A stretch of DNA of 64,000 bases from a virus (Duplodnaviria > Caudoviricetes): positions 128,001 to 192,000 of the IMG/VR virus record IMGVR_UViG_3300025715_000009; one strand, written 5' to 3'. Made by a program: the position numbers and the translations under genes. Numbering within the stretch: the first letter of the stretch is position 1; every line of letters starts with the position of its first letter. This document shows, piece by piece, positions 57,901 through 64,000 of the stretch. Below the pieces are notes generated by a model that saw nothing but the letters and a program-made list of their open reading frames with translations, was not told the DNA's origin and did not search any database.

Positions 57901-60025
57901 TTTCATCTTCTCTATAATATCGATTGTCATGATTGTGATTCACAGGAGCAAATAAACCAGAATTAATTAATGACCAATTTACACCAGTCCAAACATAAAG
58001 ACCATTTTCATTTAAAGTAATTCTGGCATCTCCCGTTGTATTTCCAACTAATGGTAAAGAAGTAAAGTTTGCAACCGGGCTTTTCCAATAAAAATATGGT
58101 ATATTTAATAAATTATTATAATCTATTTTTTTAGAGTTAATACCATCATGATTGTGTCCAGTATTAGGATCAAATCGAGCATTAATTTCATTCTCTGTAT
58201 AATAACGATTATCTAATTGACCTGCATCTAATTGTGATTTTGTATAATAATAATTATTGTGGTCATGTGGTGGATTTGCAACAACTTTCCAAATTTGACT
58301 TATTCCATCCCACATATATAACAATAGAGTGTCTTTTGCTATTCTTACATCACCATCAGTATTGTTTGTTAGTGGCAAATTAATAAATAAATCAACTGGG
58401 TCTTTCCATTTAGATGAAGAAGATATCAATACCCACTTGTTTTGTGATGCATTCCACCTATATACTTCATTTTTATCTAATGTTAATCTTACATCACCAT
58501 CAGTATTGTTTGTTGTTGGTAAAGCAGCAAAATTAGCAACTGGTGATAACCATCTTACTATTGTATTAATTTCAGCTTTTGTATAATATAAATCATTATG
58601 GTCGTGTTCAGCATTAGTAAATTGCAACCACTGTGTCCCATCCCACCAATAAGCATCTCCTTCATCTATAACAAGGCGAACATCACCAACTCTATTTCCA
58701 GTTGTTGGTAGATTGACCATATTTTGAACTGGCAACTTCCAAGTTAAATTACCATAAACAATTGGAATCCATTTTCCAAGAGGGAGAGCATTACTATCCC
58801 ATCTATATATTGTATTTGAATTTCTTACTAATATAACATCACCATTTCTTGATGATGTATGTTCTGGTAAATCTGCTTCATATTCTACTGATACTCTCCA
58901 TCTTACCATGTTTATAACTTCATGTTGTCTAAAATAAAGAGAGTCGTGAAGGTGATTGGTTGGAGCATAAGATTGTAATAAGGTATTTATTTCTGTTTCA
59001 GTAAAATATCTATCATCATGATCGTGAGCAAATATAATTTTCTTCCAAGAACCATTATCATATTTATAAAATGTATTTTCTTGATTTACAAGACGTATAT
59101 CTCCTTGAATTGCTATTACTGTTTGTAAATTAGCGAATGTTTCAACACTGTCTTTTACAACAGATGATATCATTTTCACCCAAATAGTTTTTGCATTGTC
59201 CCATCTCCAAAGAGTATTGTCTTGTAAAACAATTCGCGCATCACCATCTATATTACCCTCTGTTGGTAATTGATTTTGTAAAGGAACTGGATTTTTCCAA
59301 TGACTTATACCATCTAAATCTACACCATAACTACCAATATATTGATAGCCAGATATTTTAAATGGAGTAGTATAATTATGAAAGTTTTGAATTGTTAAAT
59401 AACCAGAAGCATAATCCCAATACCACTGCATTGTATCAGATGATACAATTTCATTATTATTAGCATCAAATAATCTTATATGATAATCTTGACCAAATTT
59501 TGGTGGAACCCAATCTTGCATTCTACCAGATAAAACACCATTAGATGAAGCATACCAACCTCTCTTGCCAGAGACAGTTATATCTTGTGTTAATGGTTTA
59601 AGATTAAAAAATTGAACTACACCTTGTGATGTTGCAATTGATGGATTTGAAGATATGGTTGAAGACCAAATTTCATCAGAGTGGGTAATCATCTTTGATG
59701 GGATGGTTTCTTCATATTCTTGTTTGTCCAATGATGTTTGAGTTTTACCATCAATTTTTTTATTGAATCTATCGACTTGCGTTTGAAACTTCAGATTTAA
59801 TTTTGTTATAAGAAATTGAATTTCATCACTATTATTCAAAGAGTTAGTAAATTGTATTCTATATGGATCGAGTATATTATATTTTGTTCTATCTTCTGGA
59901 TTACCGTTAAGATAGACTACAAGATTAGCACCATTATTTTCCCAAGGAGTGTTAGTAGAAAAAATGGTTTTTTGAGAGTTTTCTGCTTCTGCACCTGTTT
60001 TTGTAATAATAACATTTTCAATCAT
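54977..60025 (-). CDS. Very large modular baseplate/fibre protein
   Basis: About nine WKxPVxxxxxLPxxxNxxGDxR...YxW repeats, HxHDDRYY units, VYxNG..Q..G.DY repeats, C-terminal region shared with 42046. Confidence 0.85.
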   Translation of the reverse strand: MIENVIITKTGAEAENSQKTIFSTNTPWENNGANLVVYLNGNPEDRTKYNILDPYRIQFTNSLNNSDEIQFLITKLNLKFQTQVDRFNKKIDGKTQTSLDKQEYEETIPSKMITHSDEIWSSTISSNPSIATSQGVVQFFNLKPLTQDITVSGKRGWYASSNGVLSGRMQDWVPPKFGQDYHIRLFDANNNEIVSSDTMQWYWDYASGYLTIQNFHNYTTPFKISGYQYIGSYGVDLDGISHWKNPVPLQNQLPTEGNIDGDARIVLQDNTLWRWDNAKTIWVKMISSVVKDSVETFANLQTVIAIQGDIRLVNQENTFYKYDNGSWKKIIFAHDHDDRYFTETEINTLLQSYAPTNHLHDSLYFRQHEVINMVRWRVSVEYEADLPEHTSSRNGDVILVRNSNTIYRWDSNALPLGKWIPIVYGNLTWKLPVQNMVNLPTTGNRVGDVRLVIDEGDAYWWDGTQWLQFTNAEHDHNDLYYTKAEINTIVRWLSPVANFAALPTTNNTDGDVRLTLDKNEVYRWNASQNKWVLISSSSKWKDPVDLFINLPLTNNTDGDVRIAKDTLLLYMWDGISQIWKVVANPPHDHNNYYYTKSQLDAGQLDNRYYTENEINARFDPNTGHNHDGINSKKIDYNNLLNIPYFYWKSPVANFTSLPLVGNTTGDARITLNENGLYVWTGVNWSLINSGLFAPVNHNHDNRYYREDEIDSIISNLQLWVSGLLAQKADLNHNHDDRYYIKSQVDQKIDSKFDTDTGHDHDGVNSKRISYYNLTDVPPLSAHDHDDLYYRKTELATSGLSEVHWDNVVSKPDLANGHWKSPVQTVADLPPTGNDLYDIRMVLNDSDIYEWDGMQWVFVGHWANQYVNYWREPVETYNLLPLVNNVRGDVRLVIEDNSLYRWDDEISRWVIITSTKTNVQVYLNGLHQMQGVDWLRIKEKAVELIIPAKGGDRVSLVINGDYYIRKDFVAWEGQTIFEISNEYHRQDFVVTQNQMVFTLSKPYIMNSKNLVVWWNGLLQKKGDDYIETSPVSFTFTHLVYPQDHIIAIIMDQASGEGTYVIEEQNATSGQTVFNLENFYIPGSKTLLVYFNGDLLKPNDDYYETSNSTIELRGIASTSEDKLTFIIFGEGISGGCCNAQDIILGTPSDGSWADGLLYLFDEMKVNDSIDDINEVLKDIAPSPPDTFDNKPLDKNGLTLVSGYVSQNNINYEIGPGEYHDYLTESTTFYLYTPNSSSFADADKGTIRLFLNGNEIDNFRLYAAFVENNAKTEQSAISYGQQANGARENEGIAGTNGAIRNSSNGYISIMSVGVYNNFKMWQKGRVRINITPGTLRQGYNYLYVVHESPAFNRRSLTLKLFLDTANARPYLATQKILQETNLISTKYCSGVRYYSIGDRFNVQFTGIGLFNNTYTMTPIEIDMPGLQPIDLEWNHEDATGYQTPPRLGDLYNFNGEIILNEYNEYDINAVMTIKTRDPFGQGEVATTTPVNRLVNTFTNGSTDLIEYFRDEIYRLPQDNYNIIPTQRVNVWNSQNLLMQNDALIFNKKLMYANLNFASGYKPNQVANYSTFTGQQRYFRSFYKPTARNGGRIQINGVTVQDITSNRILIDIKLPTQTGWLSLNKNYDVSVFTGSDGDGCLLKVEGNDYHYSSGTFSTANSGYMIIVRITLPTSNVPNVEYMEVKW

Positions 60026-60573
60026 AATTTAAGAGTTTTCGTGATTACTTCTTTTATTTTTAAGATACGAATTATGTATGCTTCTTTCAAAAACGTATCT
60101 ATTGTATCTACTAAAAATCTTATAAATGTTTCTGTATCAAGAAATGTTTTACCTATTTTTAATTTATATTCATTTGTTTTAGAAATAATAAGAGTTCTTA
60201 TTGATTTTAAATATGCTAATGATTGTTTTAGTTTTAATTTGCTTTCTTCAAAATCTATGACTCTAAGAATAGCAGCAAGCCCATCAATAAATTGATCAAC
60301 TGTCATAACAATATCTCTTACCTGAACTTCTAATTCTTGGACTGATGGTTTTTTTGCTATTTCAATCATATCAAGAATTGTTGTTCCTAAATCCTCGAGA
60401 CTAATTTCCATCTTTTCTACATATTCATAAATGAGTTTTAATTTTTCTATATCTTCTGGGGTTTTATTTTCTTTGAGGATTAAATCAACTAATTCTGGTA
60501 AATCAAATTTTTCGAAATCTTTTTCGTATAAAAGACTTTTAATGCGAGTAAATATATCATATAATTCGCTCAA
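60022..60573 (-). CDS. Helical hypothetical protein
   Basis: ORF track; GAGG RBS, TTG start. Confidence 0.7.
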   Translation of the reverse strand: MSELYDIFTRIKSLLYEKDFEKFDLPELVDLILKENKTPEDIEKLKLIYEYVEKMEISLEDLGTTILDMIEIAKKPSVQELEVQVRDIVMTVDQFIDGLAAILRVIDFEESKLKLKQSLAYLKSIRTLIISKTNEYKLKIGKTFLDTETFIRFLVDTIDTFLKEAYIIRILKIKEVITKTLKL

Positions 60574-60584
60574 AATAACCTCTC

Positions 60585-61265
60585 TTAGAGCAAAGATTCT
60601 ATTAAAAATTTAATTATAAAAAATAATATACCACCAGAACCAAATAATATACCTATAATCTTTGCCCAGAACATTAATTTATTTTTTTCTTTAGTGGCAT
60701 CTGTTTTTATCTTTGAATCTTCGAGAGAAATTTGAGCTTTTTGTATATCACTTTTATTACTTACAAGAGAATTTATTATAGAATATAAGCCTTCTTGGTT
60801 TTTTATTAATTCATCTTTAGTTGTCTTAAAAGAAGAGGCTACGCCTTTTATTTGTGTTTCCATTCTCTCTAATCTTTTATCATTTTCTATATCTTTTGTC
60901 TTTACTTGCTGTGCTAATGCTCCAATATATTGAGCTAATTTTTTTAAATTATCAGTATTTACTTGAAAACCTTTGTTTAATTCATTTACAATTTTCAATT
61001 CAGATGCATTAATAGAAGGTTTAATGCTATTCAATTCTTTTTCTATTGCATCTAATTTAGCCATATACTCTTTAATAGATTCAAGAATTGTTTCTATTTT
61101 AACAACAGTAATTCTAATTTCTGATAAATCATGAGCAGAAACGTTTAGATAACCTGTTAATTCTTTGAGGATTATTTCTGTTGATGCTTTCAAATCATTG
61201 ATAACAGTTATTAAGTTATTCTCTAACTGTTCAAGATCTTGTGCCAAATCTTGCAAGTTATCCAT
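60585..61265 (-). CDS. Coiled-coil protein with C-terminal TM helix
   Basis: Heptad pattern; IIGILFGSGGILFFII. Confidence 0.7.
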   Translation of the reverse strand: MDNLQDLAQDLEQLENNLITVINDLKASTEIILKELTGYLNVSAHDLSEIRITVVKIETILESIKEYMAKLDAIEKELNSIKPSINASELKIVNELNKGFQVNTDNLKKLAQYIGALAQQVKTKDIENDKRLERMETQIKGVASSFKTTKDELIKNQEGLYSIINSLVSNKSDIQKAQISLEDSKIKTDATKEKNKLMFWAKIIGILFGSGGILFFIIKFLIESLL

Positions 61266-61831
61266 TATACTCCTACTTGTTCTATATTGATATCTTTATT
61301 TATCTTAGGTAAAAATTCCATAAAGATGTCATGTTGCTTTTTAATCATAGATAATTTCTTATCTAATTTAACTTTATCTAATTCTGGTTCTTTATCCCAC
61401 CAATGAATATATCCATCAATACAATCAAAATCATATCCATATAAAATTGCCTTTTTATATCCTAAATCTACTGCTAAATGCAGTGCAAGCATAAATGCTA
61501 AGTTTTTATCATCATATAATTTTAATTGATGCCATCCACGAATATCAAAAGTTGTAAATTTATGAATTAGTGGATATTTTCTTGTCATCATTATATACCT
61601 TTCTTTTTCAACATCATACGGTTCATTATATACATGATATGTTGCTTTTAAAGGCAAATGAAAAATAGTATCATTAATTGTAAGTATATCTTTACCACGA
61701 ATTGTTTGCCAATTAAAATTTCTTACAGAAGGGCCTGCAGAAATAATATGTATGTCTTCCTCTTTTGATTCTTTAAGATGAGACAATGGTGTTGCTATCT
61801 TCCTCTCTGTTATTATTCTTGGCCCTGTCAT
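61265..61831 (-). CDS. DUF115/Maf/MptE-like Rossmann protein (sugar-transferase-like)
   Basis: IHIISAGPS, ILTIN, LAVDLGYKKAILYGYDF. Confidence 0.65.
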   Translation of the reverse strand: MTGPRIITERKIATPLSHLKESKEEDIHIISAGPSVRNFNWQTIRGKDILTINDTIFHLPLKATYHVYNEPYDVEKERYIMMTRKYPLIHKFTTFDIRGWHQLKLYDDKNLAFMLALHLAVDLGYKKAILYGYDFDCIDGYIHWWDKEPELDKVKLDKKLSMIKKQHDIFMEFLPKINKDINIEQVGV

Positions 61832-64000
61832 TTTATTTTAATTTTATATCCATCTTTTATAGAATCAATCATACCGATGATTCTATCTCTCAAGAATAAT
61901 TTTTCGAACCAAGATGCTTTAATTGCCATACCATCATAATATGATACGACCTCATCACCGATTTCAGCTCTACCTTCTAATTTAATTTTTACTCTTCCTG
62001 CAATACCAATAGGAACAACTTTAGATGTTTTTAAATCATTAAATTTATCATCATTTAATAAATAACCATACGTGTTTGAAATAACACCAATAGTAGCTTT
62101 CTCTGCTCTTTTTTTAGATGGTCTTACACCATTTTCAGTTTGAACAACTACTTGGCCATATTCAAATTCATAATTTGGTGCCTTATTCCAACATTCAGCT
62201 ATATCATTCCAAACAGCATTATATACTCTTCCAGCATAAAATCTAGAATAGGCATCTACAGTAACAGGTGGAGATGTATTATTGCCAGTTAAAAATGCTA
62301 AAGCAGTTCCTCCTGTGCCTGCTTGACCAAATGTAGAATTATAATCACCTTTTCTAAACCAAACAAAATGATCATTACTTCTAAAATAAACTGAACTAGA
62401 TTGAGTTCCTATTTCCGGTTTATCTAATATGTCGTTAAGAATTATTTTCTTACCATTTATATCACTAAACCTTAATAAACTATTAAATCTTGCATCACTA
62501 TTTATCTCTATTATTCCACTGGATTCAAATGTTAGATTTTTGGTTGATTTAGAAGAAATAACATTATCATTAAATAATATATTATCAATATAAGTAGGAG
62601 TTGAGCCAGAGTTAATTTGTGTAGTTGTTAATGGTTGAATTATGATATTATTTGCTTGGTTTACGTGTTCATTTCCTATTATTCTTGATATACCAGAATA
62701 AGAATTAATAATTACTTCTGATGATATTGTATCGTTAGCAAGAGTTGTATTTCCAGAAAATGATTTGATTTGATTATTTTTTACTCTTAAATTATCAAGA
62801 TGAATGTCCCCTGTCCCTGCATTTAAATCTATATTATCAGAATTAATTTCTACTTTTCTACCAGATGGTGAAGTTAGTGTTAAATCATTCATACCAATAG
62901 AAGTAATACTATTGCTATCCAATTTCAAGTTATCAACTGTTAAATATCCACTTGGGTGAATATCAAGAAAATCAGTAGAACCAACTTTACCATATAAGTG
63001 ATTTGTAATATATACAGGAATATTAAATTTAGCATCTGAATTATCACCGTATGGAGTTGTTCTAAATTCGATGTTATTTGTTTGTGAATCTTTACCATGG
63101 ATAATCAATCTTTCTGTCATTATTGTAGTATTAGATTTTGTTTTTATATCCCATAAAGAAGAAACAACAATATTACCACTTGAGTCTGTTTTAAATCCAC
63201 CTATTTTATTACTAAAAAACTTACAAGTATTATTTGGAGTAATTGCATTAGATGAAACAACTATATCTATTTCTTCTTCTTCACCCTCACAATCAACTAA
63301 ATAAATATAATATTCTGTTAATGGAGAAAAACTTGAACTAATATCTAAATAAGAAGAATCTATAACTATACTATCATTAGAAGATTCAAATACTTTATAT
63401 TCATTGTTATCTGGTTTTGATTCTTTCTGTGAATCTAATTTAACAGCATCATTTGTTTTTGTAAAAAGATTGAATTTGAGTGAGGATAATAAACCTTCAA
63501 ATTTTTGAGCACCATTTCCACCTAATTCTATTAATCCTAATAATGAAGAATCTATGGTTGTATATTCTTGATTAAGTGATATTAAATCTTCTCCATTAAG
63601 AGATAATTTTATTTGTGATTGCTCCCATAATATTATTAATCTTTGCCAATGATCAATTAAACCATTAAATGCCATTGATGTCATAGATTTAGATAATTGT
63701 TTTTCTGTCTGTGTAGTAGCATCATATATAAAAAACGATATTGCTGATGATCCTAATTCAAGGCGCATAGCATCATTATAATATCTACTTTGTATAGGAT
63801 TATACTGCTGAGTCATTTCAACTCTAAATAAAACATTTTTTTCTGAATTAAAGAATTTTGGCATAAATTCTAAATCAATTAATCCCTTCTCAATACGAAT
63901 CATGTCATTACCATATTTTAATATTGATTCTCCTCTTGAAGATGGCGTAAATGTTGAACAATATGCCTTTTTTTCAATTTGAACTGCATCAATATAACTT
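61828..64000 (-). CDS. Tail fibre/spike with LamG-like region and C-terminal peptidase G2-like chaperone domain; 5' end outside the window
   Basis: Frame open to the window end (SYIDAVQIEKKAYCSTF...); C-terminal NDIAECW...IGVIS...VPIGIAGRVKIK. Confidence 0.75.
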   Translation of the reverse strand, partial: SYIDAVQIEKKAYCSTFTPSSRGESILKYGNDMIRIEKGLIDLEFMPKFFNSEKNVLFRVEMTQQYNPIQSRYYNDAMRLELGSSAISFFIYDATTQTEKQLSKSMTSMAFNGLIDHWQRLIILWEQSQIKLSLNGEDLISLNQEYTTIDSSLLGLIELGGNGAQKFEGLLSSLKFNLFTKTNDAVKLDSQKESKPDNNEYKVFESSNDSIVIDSSYLDISSSFSPLTEYYIYLVDCEGEEEEIDIVVSSNAITPNNTCKFFSNKIGGFKTDSSGNIVVSSLWDIKTKSNTTIMTERLIIHGKDSQTNNIEFRTTPYGDNSDAKFNIPVYITNHLYGKVGSTDFLDIHPSGYLTVDNLKLDSNSITSIGMNDLTLTSPSGRKVEINSDNIDLNAGTGDIHLDNLRVKNNQIKSFSGNTTLANDTISSEVIINSYSGISRIIGNEHVNQANNIIIQPLTTTQINSGSTPTYIDNILFNDNVISSKSTKNLTFESSGIIEINSDARFNSLLRFSDINGKKIILNDILDKPEIGTQSSSVYFRSNDHFVWFRKGDYNSTFGQAGTGGTALAFLTGNNTSPPVTVDAYSRFYAGRVYNAVWNDIAECWNKAPNYEFEYGQVVVQTENGVRPSKKRAEKATIGVISNTYGYLLNDDKFNDLKTSKVVPIGIAGRVKIKLEGRAEIGDEVVSYYDGMAIKASWFEKLFLRDRIIGMIDSIKDGYKIKIK

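Noticed and set aside
1203-63304. Short plus-strand or nested ORFs in the track (e.g. 1203, 4075, 8033, 13099, 26655, 41107, 48806, 59816, 63071)
   Set aside because: They are antisense or alternate-frame shadows of longer, motif-bearing genes and have no recognisable motifs of their own.
1-64000. Genome-wide stop-codon reassignment
   Set aside because: TAA, TAG and TGA all end genes at tight junctions, and long genes are uninterrupted under code 11. The one anomaly at 29152 is better explained by a 1-nt indel.

Overview
This AT-rich, densely coding 64 kb segment comes from a large (jumbo-type) tailed bacteriophage using the standard genetic code. Almost every gene is on the minus strand; the only plus-strand genes are an M23 peptidase and an SLT-like protein. 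The host is probably a spirochaete, judged from a Spirochaetia-type STAS/zinc-ribbon protein, '...AQ' signal peptides and the MnmA/Ogg types. Contents: (i) a large family of modular virion fibre/baseplate proteins built from shared domains and HxHDDRYYT repeats; (ii) a tRNA-maturation block (CCA-adding enzyme with HD domain, AEP-like protein, MnmA); (iii) a glycan block (3 GT2 glycosyltransferases, a frameshifted radical SAM protein, a UDP-sugar dehydrogenase and a NodB deacetylase) next to a BspA/DUF285 protein; (iv) a eukaryote/Thaumarchaeota-type topoisomerase IB, an 8-oxoG glycosylase, a phage sigma factor, three free-standing homing-endonuclease-like genes and a transglutaminase-like peptidase followed by an intein/Hint domain. 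The most unusual patterns are two short C-terminal peptide signatures (A-K-x-x-L and [HR]xx-I-K-x-I-F) shared by about 20 otherwise unrelated, mostly small proteins, and a recurring AAG[AG]TAAT promoter-like motif that twice sits in the loop of an RBS-sequestering hairpin. No tRNA, rRNA, CRISPR array or reverse transcriptase was recognised. All family assignments come from motif recognition by eye, not from database searches.
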